Shown in pieces: positions 40,001 through 55,000 of a DNA stretch of 64,000 nt. The notes beneath the pieces were generated by a model, which was not told the DNA's origin, did not search any database, and worked only from the letters and a program-made list of their open reading frames with translations. The stretch covers positions 251,164,001 through 251,228,000 of the forward strand of contig NC_086097.1 of assembly GCF_963921235.1 (NCBI RefSeq). The letters run 5' to 3'. The first letter of the stretch is position 1, and every line of letters begins with the position of its first letter. The position numbers and the translations under genes are program-made. The DNA comes from Mobula hypostoma. Its lineage: Eukaryota.

Positions 40001-43000
40001 AGAAGGGCACCCATTTAAAACAGAGATGTGGAGTAAGTTCTTTAGCCAGAGGGTTGTGAATGTATTACCACAGGAAGCTGTGGAGGCCAGGTCGTTGGGT
40101 GTATTTAAGGCAGAACTTGATAGGTTCTTGATTGGACTGGGCATCAAAGGTTACAGGGAAAAGGCTGGGGAATGGGGCTGAGGAGGGGAAAAAAGGGATT
40201 ATCCATGATTGAATGGGGAAGTAAACCAGATGGGACAAATGGCCTAATTCTGCTCCATATCTTAACGTTAGATTGATCTTAGAGTAGGTTAAAAGTTCAA
40301 CACGACATGTGCTGTATGCACAGTGTTCTATGTTAGGTGCAAGTAGATGCCAAATCTCACCTGAGTTGTTTGCATGGGCAATGGGAAAGGTAGAAGCTCA
40401 GAAAGCAATGACATTCCAGAGAAAAATCCTTCTGGTCTTTTCAGTACAAAGGAAAGGACTTCCTTTAACATTAATGACCATGTGTTGTTTGCCAGAGACT
40501 CTTCAGAGTACGCGACCTGTTCATTAACGCCTTGAGTAAAAGTAAGTAGAATATCAACAATGTCATTTTGAATCTTTTGTTCTTCATCATCCAGTCGCCC
40601 AGACAAAGGTATGGAGCAAAGGACCATGTGAAGGGTTGCCAAAGCAGTAGGGATACGTACATCCTTAAATTCAAATGACCCTCCCTTCAGAAGTTCAGTC
40701 AGCATTGCCTTTAAAAGGGAAAGGGTGCACCTTGTAATGGAAAGGATCATAATTCTCTGCAAAGTAGTTCCCATGTTTGCATGCAGCCTCCAAGGCAGTA
40801 GGAGGACATTGTTCAGCTTTTGCAGAATTCGAATAAATATGTCAACTCCTTCTGCCGAAAACAACTGAATAATTGCAAGGTTCCACTTTAGATCTTTCTG
40901 TTGACCTAGTGAAATAAATATCAAAAAAATACAAATCAAATATACAGCTTGTTGAAAGAAAAATAAAACTAGTTTCTTCACTGCCCATCAGCTTTCTGGA
41001 ATGTGAGTTAAACTAAATTGATTTTTTGAGACTAATTGCTTAGAATTTTGCATGCGCGCGTGCGTGTATACACACACACACGCACACGCACACGCACACA
41101 CACACACAGTGAATCCCAATTAATTGGACCATTGGTTAATGGGGCAGCCATTTATTTGTCCTAGTTCTTAAAGGACAAAAACTGATCACAAAAATAGACT
41201 GAATTCCCTTTGATTATTTGGGTGGGGTGGGGTGTATATACACATGTACATAGATACAAACAGTATATAAAGTGAATCATAGCAAGCATTAACATCAGTG
41301 TTTCTATTGCAAATATGAAAGCAGCCTTGTCACAAACAGTATTTAGCTTGATACATCAGCGGAATTCATTACCACCGACGGCTGTGGAGGCTAAGTTACT
41401 GGCTTTATTTAAAGCAGGGTGTTTTTGATTAGACAGGGCATCAAAGGTTACAAGGAGAAGGCAGAAGAATGAGGTTGGGAGGGATAATAAATCAGCTGTG
41501 ACTGAATGGCAGAGCAGACTCAGACGGGCTGAATGGCCTAATTTGCTCCTACATCTTACGGTCTTACATGACAGGGTTGTAAAGGATGCTGTTAGAGTTA
41601 CTGACAAGATACAATAGCATGTAACATTTTTAACTTAGTTAAGTGAGGTCACTTTAGGAAAACAGTGTTGAAACATAATTACCATCCTGTCAACAAAAGA
41701 CTATAGATGCTAGGATATGGAATAAAAAACTGTGGGAGCAATGCAGCATCTGTGGGATTGGGAAGGAGTAGGGAGGAGAGGTAGTGTAGCAGTTATTGTA
41801 ATGCTTTACAGTGCTTGGGTTCAATTCCCGCTGCTATCTCCAAGGAGTTTCTTCCCGTGACCATGTGGGTTTCCTCTGGGTGCTCCCACAATGCAAAGAT
41901 GAACCAGTTAGGGTTAATAAGTTGTGAGCATGCTGTGTTAGTGCCAGAAGCATGGTGCCATCCTGAACAGTGCTGGTCATTGATGTAAATGACAAACTTC
42001 ACTGCACGTTTCCATTTACACTTGACAAAAAAAGCCAATCTATAATCTTTTTGCTGTACACTCACGACTATGTGGCCAGATCATGCTCCAACTCCAACTT
42101 CATCTACAGATTTGCAGATGATACCATTGCAAGGGGCTGTGTCTCAAATAGCAATGAGTCAAGAATAGAATGCTACTCTAAGGTTATTGAGTTCCAGAAG
42201 AAGGGCATCTAATTCATCTAAAATTAGATTAAAATCAATCTCAATTTCATTTAGATTAGATTAAACTGAAATGAAATCTTCATCTCTAGTACCGTTAGTT
42301 TTTCAAGGTATGACCCTGCATCATAATCGAGTGTGGAGAGGGAAGGTAATCAACTTTCTTTCCTCTCAACTCCCAGTCTTTATGCAGAGTCTATAACTGA
42401 GATGTCAACAATTCCTTCTCCACCCCAGAAATGCTCTCGAACTACTGAGTTCCTTGAGCAATTAGTTTTTTATGCTACCATGATATCAATTCCATCATAT
42501 ACCATACCTTCAAGTGGCAGAGGCGGGCAGGCAACATGGCAAAGGACACGCAGAGCAGTGGTTAAACCAGCACCTTCCTGAGTCATCTGAATGGTCAGAT
42601 TATCCAGGTTCTTAAAAAAACAATGAAAGCCAATTTAAATAATTTTAATCTGAACGGGCAGATACCTGAAACAACTTATCAAACATTTCTTTGATTAAAA
42701 ACAGTAGTAACAATGAAGGCTGTATCTTGAAAATCAATCACCTTGCAGAATAATAAACACGATTTTTTAATTAAATACATCTTAGAATATTTGGAGTTCA
42801 CAAAAATAAAACTCAGGACCACTACCTATGTAGCTTGTAGCCTTCAATTCCTACAGCAAGCAAACATCAAATTATTTACATCTTCCACTAGGGAAAAGAA
42901 TACAAAAAAAATGGGGACAGCACAATGGCTGCATGCCAGCGATTAGGGTTCAATTCCTGGCATTGTTTTTAAGGAGACTGTACGTTCACACCATGATTGC

Positions 43001-46000
43001 ATGCGTTTCCTCTGGTGATCCAGCTTCCTCCCACATTGCAAAGACGTACAGTATCATGCAAAAGTCACAGATATACTGCTACGGTGCACACTACTATATT
43101 TATCTACGTGGAGCAGACAGTGAGTTTGTAGATCTGGCGGCGGCAAAGCATATTGGGAATGGTGAGGGTGGAATGCCGTGGGAAGGGTGTGGGACAGGTG
43201 GCAGACAAGGAGTGCAAGGGACAGGTGATGGTGCAGGTATAGACACACCCAGCCTTGAGACACCAGGCAAGACCATATAATTCCAAACATTTCATTGATT
43301 GATCATTACAGAATGTCTCTCTGGTGTTTCCTGCTCCCTCGCCTTCCTCGTCCCTTTTTCTAAACAATGATTCCCTTCTCCCTATTCCTTTCCCAATCTG
43401 TACACAATAGAGAAGTCATGGTACATATTGATACCAACGACATAGGCAGAAAAAGGGATGTGGTCCTGAAAACATAATACAGGGAGTAAGGAATGAAGCT
43501 AGGAAGCAAGACCTCAAGGGTAGTAATCTCGGGACTGCTGCCTGTGCCACGCGACAGTGAGGATAGGAATAGAATGATGTGGCAGATAAAATGCGTGGCT
43601 GAAGAATTGGAGCTGGGACAGGGATTCAGATTTCTGGATAACCTGAGGATCTAACCTGGCCAAACATATTGATGTAGTTATAAAGAAGGCAAGACAGCAG
43701 TTACACTTTATTAGGAGTTTGAAGAGATTTGGCATGTCAACAAATACACTCAAAAACTTTTATAGTTGTATCATTGCATCATGGAGAGCATTCTGACAGA
43801 CTGCATCACTGTCTGGTATGGAAGAGTTACTGCACAGGACCGAAAGAAGCTGCAGAAGGTCGTAAATCTAGTCAGCTCCATCTTGGGTACTAGCCTACAA
43901 AGTACGCAGGACATCTTAAGGGAGCGGTGTCCCAGAAATTTCTCACTGTTACCATCAGTTAGGAGGTACAGAAGCCTGAAGGGACACACTCAGCGATTCA
44001 GGTACAGCTTCTTCCCCTCTCCCATCTGATTCCCAAATGGACATTGAATCTTTGGACACTATCTCACTTCTTTTAAAAAAATATACAGTATTTCTGTTTT
44101 TGCACATTTTTAAAATCTATTCAATAAACGTAATTGATTTACTTGTTTATTTATTATAATTTTTTTCTCTCTCTGCTAGATTATGTATTGCATTGAACTG
44201 CTGCTGCTAAGTTAACAAATTTCATGTCACATGCCGGTGATAACAAACCTGATTCTGATTCTGATTCTGGGACAGGAGTGATCTGTACAAAACAGACGGG
44301 TTGCACTTGAATCCAAGAGGTACCAATATTCTTGCAGGCAGCTTTACTAGAGCTGTTGAGAGCGGTTTAAACTAATATGGCAGGGGATGGGAGCCAGTAT
44401 GAGGATGAGCCAGCAGGTTTACAAGTAGATGATGGGTGTAACATGAATGTAAGGAAGGACAAGCCAATGACTGGGTACAGATGCAGACAGAGCAAAGAGT
44501 TAAATTGTTACACAGAGGCAAGATTGAAAACGGTGAAGAATACAGGACTGTAGGTGCTGTATTTAAATATGCGTAGCATTCAGAATAAGGTGGAGGAACT
44601 CATGGCACAATTAAAGATTGGTCGGTATGACGTTGTATGCATCACAGACATGGCTGAAAGAAGGCCATGGTTAGAGCTTAACATCAAAGGATATATTTTG
44701 TATCGAAAGGACAGGCAGGAAGGCATAGGTGTGGCTCTGTTGGTAGAGATAGAATTACATATTTAGAAAGAGATAGGGTCAGAGAATGTTGAATCTTTGT
44801 GGGTTGAGTTAAGAAACTGCAAGGGCAAAAAAAACACTATGGGAGTAATATATTGGCCTCAAAATAGTAGCCAAAATGTGGGATTAAGATTGCAAAGGAA
44901 GCTGGAAAGGGCATGCAATAAGGGTAATGACACAATTGTAATGGGGGACTTCAATATGCAAGGGGATTGGGCAAGTCAGGGTGGTGTCAGATTGCAAAAG
45001 AGGGAATTTGTTGAATGCCCGCAAAATGGCTTTTTAGAGCAGCTTGTGATTAGATTGGGTGTTGTGTAATAACCCAGATCTTAGGGAGCTTAATGTAAAG
45101 GGACCCTTAGGAGGCAGTGACGATAATATGATTGAATTCATACTGCAATTTGAGAGGGAGAAGCACAAGTCAGATGTATCAGTATTGCAATGGAATAAAG
45201 GAAATTTACAGGGGCACGAGAGAGAAGCTTGCCCACGTGGATTGGAGAAAGATACTGGTGGGGATGACAGCAGAGCAGATGTGGCTGAAGCTTCTGGGAG
45301 TAGTTCACAGGGTGCAGGATAGATATATCCCACAGAAGAAGCAGCTCTCAAATGGCAGGGGTAGGTAACCCTGGCTGACAAAAAGGAAGTTAAGGCTAAG
45401 GAAAGGACATTTAATGTGGCAAAAGTGATTGGGAAGTTGGATGATTGGGAAGCTTTTAAAACCCAAAAAATAACTAAAAAAGCTATAAGGGAAAAGATAA
45501 AATATGAGGGCAAACTAGCCAATAATATACAGCAGGATACTATAAGTTTTTCAGTTATATAAACAATAAAAGGAAGGTGAGAGTTGATATTGGTCTATTG
45601 GAAAATGATGCTGGTGTAGTTGTAATGGCAGATGAACTTAACGGATATTTTACATCAGTTTTAACTGTAGACAACATTAGCAGTGTGCCAGGGGTCTGTG
45701 AATGTCAGGGAGCAGGAGTGAGTGCCATCGTTATTACAAAGGAGATTACAGCATCAAGGATATCTTGGAAAAGGCGATGGCCCAAGAAGGGGTATCCATC
45801 CTTAAGGACTCCCATCACCCAGGACGTGCCCTCTTCTCATTGCTGCTATCAAGGCCTGAAGTTTTGAGATTAAGGCCAACAAGGTTTATTTACAGCAATA
45901 GGGACCACAGGCAGGTGGGAAGCTTTTGAAGATGGGACGGAGCTTAAGTTCTGTGTGTTCCTGTTAGAGGATAAGATTGACATGAGCAGGGATATTGAGG

Positions 46001-49000
46001 CCCTGGCCAGGAAAGAGGAGGCATGGGCAGGGCGCCAAGGTAGTGTACCGGTTAGCACGATGCTACTATAGCTTGGGGCATCAGTTCAGTTACAGCATCC
46101 TCTGTATGAAGTTTTGCATATCCTTCCTATGAGTGTCTAGGTTTCCTCTAGGTGCTCCTGTTTCCCTCCACATTCCAAAGACGTACAGATTACTAGGTTA
46201 ATTAGTCATTGTAAATTGTCCTGTGATTAGGCTAGGGCTACACTGGTGGGTTGCTGGGCAGTGCGACTTTCTGGGCTGGAAGGGCCTGTTCGGCATTGCA
46301 TCTCTAAGTAGATACATACACAGGTGAAGTGTTGACAGTGGAGTGCAGCGACTGAGGTCACAGATAGAGGGGAGTGGGGCTAACTAGAATGTTAATCAGA
46401 TGAACTGCCTAATAACAAATAATAAAGGAGGCATGGGTAGGGCACCATGGTAGCATAATGGTTAGTGCAATTTTATTACAGCTTGGAGCGTAGTTCAGAG
46501 TTCAGTTCCAGTGTTCTCTGTATGAAGTTTGTAGCTTTCCCACGATTTGTCTGCCTTCATACTTTACAAGACATTCAGCCCTCTACTGTGATGTGGACTA
46601 TCCCCACGAAACTCCCCACTTACTTTTCCTAGCTCCATGTCTTTTCCACAGATCTTTTCCAGGATCTTGCTCATACCCCACAGCTCCACCAAAGGAGTCC
46701 CTTTTGGTTAATGAAAGGCCCTTAAAAAAAAACTTTGGATTTTCCTTAATCTTCTCTGCCAAAGCTTCTCTGCTTTGTGATCTCCTGATTTCCTTCTTGA
46801 AATCTTTATACTCCTCCAGGGATGTGCTTAACCCTAGCCACCTGCACCTGACCCATGCCTTCTTTTTCCTGGCCAGGACCTCAATATCCCTCATCATCCA
46901 TGGTTCCCTGCTCCTGCCAGCCTTATCCTTTACATAAACAGGAACATATTAGTTCTTCAGCTCTTTCTTATCTTTAAAAACCTCCCACTTGCCTGTGAGC
47001 CTATCGCCATGAATAAATAACTCCAGTCAACCCCTTCAACTCTGCCATGAATGGTCCCAAGCCCAGCTGTGCGGGAGGGTGGGGGGGGGGGTGGCGGCTA
47101 GCAACCCCAGTGCTACAGAAACATCAACAGAAGCTATAAAGATCTCATTCCTGGGAAAGATTTTCACCCTAAAGATGTACGAAGTTATATAATGCAAACA
47201 AAAGCCACAAGGCCGATCAACCACCTAACGGCCCAGGGCAAAAGATTCTGGAGAGCTGCTGTCGGCAGCCTCTGCTCCAGTAAGGGTGACGGGCTTAAGA
47301 ATAAGGAATCAACCTCTTCATATTACTGTCTCCTACTGCCATGGTTAGAACATGAACCTGTGGATCAGTTCTTCCCCTTTCCATAATCAGCTTAAAACTA
47401 ATAGAACCATGGTCATTGGTCCCCTACTGTCACCTCAGTGATTTGCCCCACCCTATTGCCCAAGAGCTGGTCAAGTCATAGAGCAGTACAGCACAGAAAC
47501 AGGCCAATTGACCTACCTAGTCCGTGCCAAACTTGTATTCTGTCTGGTCCCATTGACCCATACCTGCACCATAGCCCTACATATCGCTCCCATTCAAGCA
47601 CTTATCCAACAGCTTGCTCTCCATATCATACTGCCCAGGCTTGCATATCTAGATAGCTAGGACCCAACATCCATGGTCAACCCTGATCAACAGAGGCCTC
47701 ACTCACTTATCCAAACTTTGAAGCTTTAATCTCTCCCTGTATATTCCCCAAAGGTTTTCTGAACATCTTTAAAAGAATTCCACCCCATCTAAGCCCTTAA
47801 AAGTATGGCTGTCCCAGTCTAAGTTAGGAAAGTTAAAATCTCCATGACAGCCCAAAAGATGATCACATCACTTTAACCATCTCTCTGATTGTTGCAATTT
47901 ATTCTGTATTCTGTTATTGTTTTACCTTGTACTCTCAATGAACTGTGTAATGAACTGACCTGTGTGAACAGTATGCAAGACAAGCTTTTCATGATACCTC
48001 AGTATATAAGGCCCTCCCTTGGTCAGGGTCGAATATGGGCACTGCATCCTAGCTTTTCACGTTGTATACGCAAGCCAGGCCAGTATGATGCGGAGAGCAA
48101 GCTGTTGCCCATATCACAGACTCCCCCACCCCCACACAGCTGATGAATCCAAAGGAACAGCAGAGACCAATACAGTTTGGCATCAGTGGATCGCACAGGT
48201 TGCCAGTTCGCATTGAACTGCTTTAAGGACTCCAGCTCCAGAGTTTTCCTTCAAGGTTTACTCCTGAAGCTTTCCCCATGAGTGGGTGTAACTGCAAGGC
48301 AGCAGGGGTTTGAGATCAGAGATTTCCTTTGATTAGATGAGCAGCCAACCACGGCTACAAGCACCATCTGCCCAAAACGACAGGTTTTAAGGCACCAGTA
48401 ACCCACCATTGCCACTTATGTTAGTAGAAACGGTTCCACCGGGCTTAGTAGCTAAGCCACACATGAAGGCCAGGAGCTGGACTTCCCAAAGTCTATTCGA
48501 GATGCATTCCATTAGAAGTATTTACCTCAGTGCATGTGATAATAATAAACCAGTACCAATGATTAACAGATAAATAAGCAAAAGTAATCATGGAAATTTA
48601 GTGGAAGCATCAATACCACCTTATACAATGAGGTATAAAAACAAGACACCTAATAAACAACTCACCTGCTTGATATATTCAAGAAGTGTAGGAATACAAT
48701 TAATTTCAAACTTCAGATTTTTCAGTGGCTCCAGCCATTTACTTAACTCTAAAAATCAAGAGACATTGAATAAGATGGCAGAGAAAATACATTTCAAAAT
48801 TCAGGATAGTTTATTTCATTCTTCAGTACAGGAGTATAAAGGAGAAAAAAATGATTATTACCCCAGATCCGGTGCAGTAGAAAGAACAAGAATAAGCATA
48901 AAGAACACAATTGAAGAAACATAAATTCAATATAAACATAAAAGCAACCCTATAAAACACAACGTATACTCAGTGGCCACTGTATTGGGTACACTGCTTG

Positions 49001-52000
49001 CTATTGCAAATATCTAATCAGCCAATCATGTGGCAGCAACTCTATACATAAAAACATACAGACTTGGTCAAAAGGTTCAGCTGTAGTTCAGAGCAAACAT
49101 CAACAAGATCTAAGTGACTTTGACCATGGAATGATTGTTGGTGCCAGACAGCGTGGTTTGAGTATCTCAGAAACTGATCGCCTGGGATTTTCACACAAGT
49201 CTCCAGAACTTACAAAGAATAGTGTGAGAAACGAGAAAAAACATCCAGAGAGCGGCAGTTCTGTGCACGAAAACGCCTTGTTAATGAGAGAGGTTAGTAG
49301 AGAACGGCCAGACTGGATCAAGCTGACAAGAAGGTGATAGTAACACAAATAACCAAATGTTACAATAGTGGTGCTCAGAAGAGCATCTCTGAATACATAC
49401 ATGTTGAACCTTGAAGTGGATGGGTTACAGCAGCAGAAGCCCACAAACATACACTCGGTGGCCACTTTATTGGATACAGGAGGTACAGCATTGTCAGGTC
49501 ATTCCACAACAGCCTGAAGGCCAGGATCATCGAAATGGCTGCACCTCCGATTCCTGCCCAGTAACTAACAGTGTCAAGCAGGGCTATGTCCTCGTGCCTA
49601 CTTTGCTCAGTCTGCTGTTTGCCACGATGCTGTTCTGTGCTCTCTCACAGACTGATGCAGGAATAACAATTCGCTGCAGGTCTGATGGACGCTTTTTTGA
49701 TCTGCAACACCTCAAAGCCAAGACCAAAGTGCTGGAAGCAATAGTACCAGACTTCCACTTTGCAGGTGACTGCACTCTTGTAGCACACAGTGAAAGGGAT
49801 CTGCAGGACCTCGCTGTGGCAGCAAGAAAATTCAGCCTAACCATCAGCCTACAGAAGACAGAAGTTCTACTTCAGCCCGCACCCCACATCAACCCTGTGG
49901 AACCACAAATTGAGATTTAAGGCACTCAGCTCAACAATGTTGATGCCTTCACCTACCTGAGAAGCTGCCTCACCTCCTCCTGCAGTCTAGATCGAGAGGT
50001 CTTGGACTTGCAAAAGCTGGGGCATCCTTTGGCAGGCAATGGACATGTGTGGGGAGAATGTGGCATCCAGCAGAAGACCAAGATAGTAGTCTACATAGCA
50101 GTCGCCCTGACGTCTCAGCTGTATGGCTGTGAAACATGGACCCTATATCGCAGTCACTTCAAGATGCTTGACCAGTTCCACCTGCAATGCCTTCACAAGA
50201 TCACGTGGTGAGATAGAGTCTCCACCACAGAAGTGTTACAAAGGGCTGAGGGCTTTGGCAAAGAGACACTGGTCATGAAGGCTCAATTTCAATGGGTTGG
50301 ACATGTGGTCTGGATGAAAGACAACCACCTTCCAAAGATGGCATTCTTTTCTGAGCTGGTACAAGGCATCAAAAAGCAGGGAGGCTCGACAAAGCACTAT
50401 AAAGACTGTGTGAAAGCGTCCTTGAAGGCATGCAATATTCCTGTGACTGGTTGGGAGGCCTTGGCGAAAGTCTGCAATGTCTGGTGCCTGGCACCAGCAC
50501 ATTCGAAGAGCAGCGGTTGAAAGACCTTGATCAAAAGTGCCAGGACCACAAGGAGAGACGACCTGACCCTCCAATGGCTGTAATGTGCCTGAGCTGCCGG
50601 CACATCTGCACTTCCCAGTTCATCAGAGTCATCACTGACATCATCATCGTTCCTGATGGGCTTCTAAGAAGAAGATCTATATGAAGTGGCACTCGGTGAT
50701 GTAGCTGTGGTGGGGTGGGTTAACAGATGGAGATGTTGATCAGTCTGACGGCTTGGGGGTCATTAGCTAACTTAGCAGCTAATTTGCTAATTTGGTCATT
50801 TATCAGCTATTGAAGAATTTCTGTAATGTATTTTATATACTGCAAGTTGAATTTTAAATTTCCAAGTATATTACAAATTTTTAAATTAAATATTTATACT
50901 TGGATGCAGTACATATAACTGTTTTTTGAGTTGTGGATTTTAGAATTTCTTCTTTCTGGGGGGGGGTGAAAAAAGCTGGAATATACACGTTTATACTCAC
51001 AACAATCTACTAATGTGTAGTAGAGAGCATCCTAACACGTTGTTGTACAGAAACTGCACTGTGGTGGACAGGAAGACTCTACAATGGGTAGTCAAAACTG
51101 CCCAATGCATCACCGGCACCAGCCTACCCGCCACCAAGGAGATATAGACCGAAAGGTGCCGGAAAAGGGCCAGTAACATCATGAAGGATCCCACCCACCC
51201 TGCTCATGGACTATTTGTCCCACTTCCATCAAGGAGGAGGCTACTTAACATTCACGTCAGGACCACCAGTCTCAAAAACAGTTACTTTCCCCAAGCAGTA
51301 AGGCTGATCAACACCTCCACCCACTAACCCAACCCTCTATATCGCCAACCACCACTACTTTACCATTTCCTGTCAGTCACCTTATGTACAGACACTCCTG
51401 TACCTACCATCACTTTATAGACATATTCTCAAGCTATTTTATGTATATATCGGGTCATTGAGAAGCACAGAAAAGTACAGCACAGAAACGGACCCTTCAA
51501 CCCATTTTGTCTGTGCTGAACCATTTAAATTGCCTAGTCCCACTGACCTGCACCCTGACCATAGTCCTTCATAATCCTCCCATCCATGTGTCTATTTATT
51601 CATATATATTGAGTTCTTTTTAATTATTACTGCGTTTTTTTAATCTTATTGTGATTTTTAGAGCTGCATCGGATCCAAGGTAACAATTATTTCATTCTCT
51701 TTTACACTTGTGTACAGGAAACAACACTAAGCAATCTTGAACAATCTTAAAAAATATTGAATCTGCTTTAATCCCCTTATGAATGTTAAGCACAACTTGT
51801 ACTTAAATATTTGGGAGATAAGTGACTTCCCTGTATTCACCTAATATCTCTATATGAGCTAAGTACTTTGACAGCATCATAAATAAAGGATGAACCCACA
51901 TTTAATCATTCCATGTTAACATGACCTTACCCTGTAGTTTGGGGTTGGTGTCGTCAGCTTTGCAGAGTCTCAGAAGTCCAGCAGAATGCTGTTCCAACAT

Positions 52001-55000
52001 TTGTCCATCGTGGATAGACTGCACCGTTAGCAAGATAAGCATGCATGCATAATTGCATGCAACAGATTTTCTGGACTTTGTGTCCCTGGAATTTGAAATA
52101 AATGGAATGTATCATTTATCTTAATCACAAGAGGTTCTGCAGATACTGAAAATCCAGAGCAAACACGCACTAAAATGCTGGAGGAACTCAGCAGGTCAGG
52201 CAGCATCTGTGGAAATAAATAATCAATATTTTAGGCTGAGACCCTTCATCAGCACTGGAAAGGAAGGGGGATGATACCAGAACAAGAAGGTGGGGGTAGA
52301 ATCAGAATCGGGTTTATCATCACTGGCAAGTGTCCTGAAATTTGTTAACCTAGCAGCAACAGTTCAATGCAATACATAATACAGATGAAGAAATAATAAA
52401 TAATAATAAATAAATAAATTACAGTATATGTATAATGAATAGATTTTTAAAATGGTGCAAAAACAGAAATAGTACTTATTTAAAAAATGAGGTAGTGTTC
52501 ACGGGTTCAATGTCCATTTAGGAATCGGATGGCAGAGGGGAAGAAGCTGTTCCTGAATCGTTGAGTGTGTGCCTTCAGGCTTCTGTACCTCCTACCTGAT
52601 GGTAACAGTGAAAAAAGGGCATGCCCTGGGTGCTGGAGGTCCTTAATAATGTACGCTGCCTTTCTAAGACACAATTCCCCGAAGATGTCCTGGGTACTTT
52701 GTAGGCTAGTACCCAAGATGGAGCCGATTAAATTTATGACCCTCTGCAGCTTCTTTCGGTCCTGTGCAGTAGCCCATCCATACCAGACAGTGATGCAGCC
52801 TGTCAGAATGCTCTCCATGGTACCTCTGTAGAAGTTTTTGAGTGTTTTTGCTGACATACCAAAGCTCCTCAAACTCTTAATGAAGTATAGTCTCTGTCTT
52901 GCATTCTTTATAACTACTTCGATATGTTGGGACCAGGTTAGATCCTCAGAGACCTTGATACCCAGGAACTTGAATCTGCTCATTCTTTCCGCTTCTGATC
53001 CCTCTGAGGAATGGTATGTGTTCCTTTGTCTTACCCATTCTGAAGTCCACAATCAGCCCTTTCGTCTTACCGCCGTTAAGTGCCAGGTTGTTGCTGCGGC
53101 ACCACTCCACTAGTTGGCATACCTCGCTCCTGAGCCTTGTCTCCGTCTGGGATTCTACCAACAATGGTTGTATCATCAGCAAATTTATTGATGGTATTTG
53201 AGCAATGCCTAGCCACACAGTCATGGGTATAGAGAGAGTAGTGCTGTGAGCTCAACACACACCCCTGAGGTGCACCAGTGTTGATCGTCAGCGAGGAGGA
53301 TACATTATCACCAATCCGCACAGACTGTGGTCTTCTGGTTAGGAAGTCGAGGATCCAATTGCAGAGGGATGTACAGGGGCCCAGGTTCTGTAACTTATCA
53401 ATCAGGATTGTGGGAATGATGGTGTTAAGTGCTGAGCTGTAGTCGATGAACAGCACCCTGGTTCAACATAGGCTGTTTGCATTGTCCAGGTAGTCTAAGG
53501 CTGTGTGAAGAGCCATTGAGATTGTGCCTGCTGTTGACCTATTGTGGCGATAGGCAAACTGCAATGGGTACGTGAAGGAGGACTAGGTAAATTGTGATAG
53601 GTGAAGCCAGATGAGGGGGAAGATGGATGGGTGGAGGAGGGGGATGAACTACGAAGCTGGGAGGTGATAAGTAGAAAAGGTAAAGGTCTGAAGAAGGAGG
53701 AATCTGACAGGAGTGGAGTGTGGACCATGGGAGAAAGGGAAAGAGGGGCACCTGTGGGAGGTGATATGCAGGTTAGGAAAAGAGGTAAGAAGCCACAACA
53801 GGGAATAGAAGAGGGAAGGGGGAGGGAAAAAAATTACCAAAAGGAGAATTCAATATTCATGTCATCAGGTTGGAGGCTACCTAGACAGAATATCAAGGGA
53901 GAAAAATGAGTAGGTGGCAAGAAGTCAGAGGAAAATCAGGAATTCCAAAAGTTAGGGATAATGTGGCTTAAGACCTAAGAACAGAAATAGGACATCTAGC
54001 CCATGGAGTCTGCTCTGGCATTTGATCATGGCTGATTTATGTTTTCTCAAAAATCTATCATTCTTAAGGATGTTCCACTAGAACAGAGATGCGGAGGAAT
54101 ATTTTTAGTCAGGGGGTGGTGAATCTGTGGAATTCCTTGCCACAGATGGCTGTGCGGGCCAAGTCATTGGGTGTACTTAATGCAGAGGTTGATAGATTCT
54201 AGATTAGTAAGGGCATGAGGGGATATGGAGAGGACAGGAGAATGGGGTTGACAGGAAAAATAAACAAAAATAATAGCTTAGTTATAGAGCACTTTCCATA
54301 CAATGTATTTTAAAGTGCTTTACAATGGGATAAAGTGCAAACATGAAAATAAAATAAAAATTTAAAATAAACATGAAAATAAAAGACAAAAAAGATGAAA
54401 TGGAAAGAAAGATGCTGGTTAAAAGCAAAGTTAAATAAATAGGTTTTAAGTTAGTGTTTAAAAGTGTCAACTGATTCTGCATCCCTTATACTTTTAGGTA
54501 TTGAGTTCCACAGTTTATAGACAATAGGTGCAGGAGTAGGCCATTCGGCTCTTCAAGCCAGCATTGTCATTCACTGTGATCATGGCTGATCATCTACAAT
54601 CAGTATCCAGTTCCTGCCTTATCCCCATAACCTTTGATTCCGCTATCTTTAAGAGCTCTATCCATCTCTTTCTTGAAAACATCCGGAGACTTGGCCTCCA
54701 CTGCCTTCTGGGGCAGAGCATTCCACATATCATAGTCATACTTTATTGATCCCAGGGGAAATTGGTTTTCGTTACAGTTGCACCATAAATAATTAAATAG
54801 TAATAAAACCATAAATAGTTAAATATCAATATGTAAATTATGCCAGGAAATAAGTCCAGGACCAGCCTATTGGCACAGGGCGTCTGACCCTCCAAGGAAG
54901 GAGCTGTAAAGTTTGCTGGCCACAGGCAGGAGTGACTTCCTATGACGCTCTGTGTTGCATCTCGGTGGAATGAGTCTCTCTCCCTGGGTGAAGCGTAGTT

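Noticed and set aside
41051..41108. Potential Z-DNA or splicing-regulatory (CA)n tract near an acceptor
   Set aside because: Ordinary microsatellite with no evidence of function from sequence alone.
48130..48190. ctgatga followed by a short stem, resembling a hammerhead
   Set aside because: No GAAA and no NUH/stem closure follow; it is part of an RTE-derived repeat.
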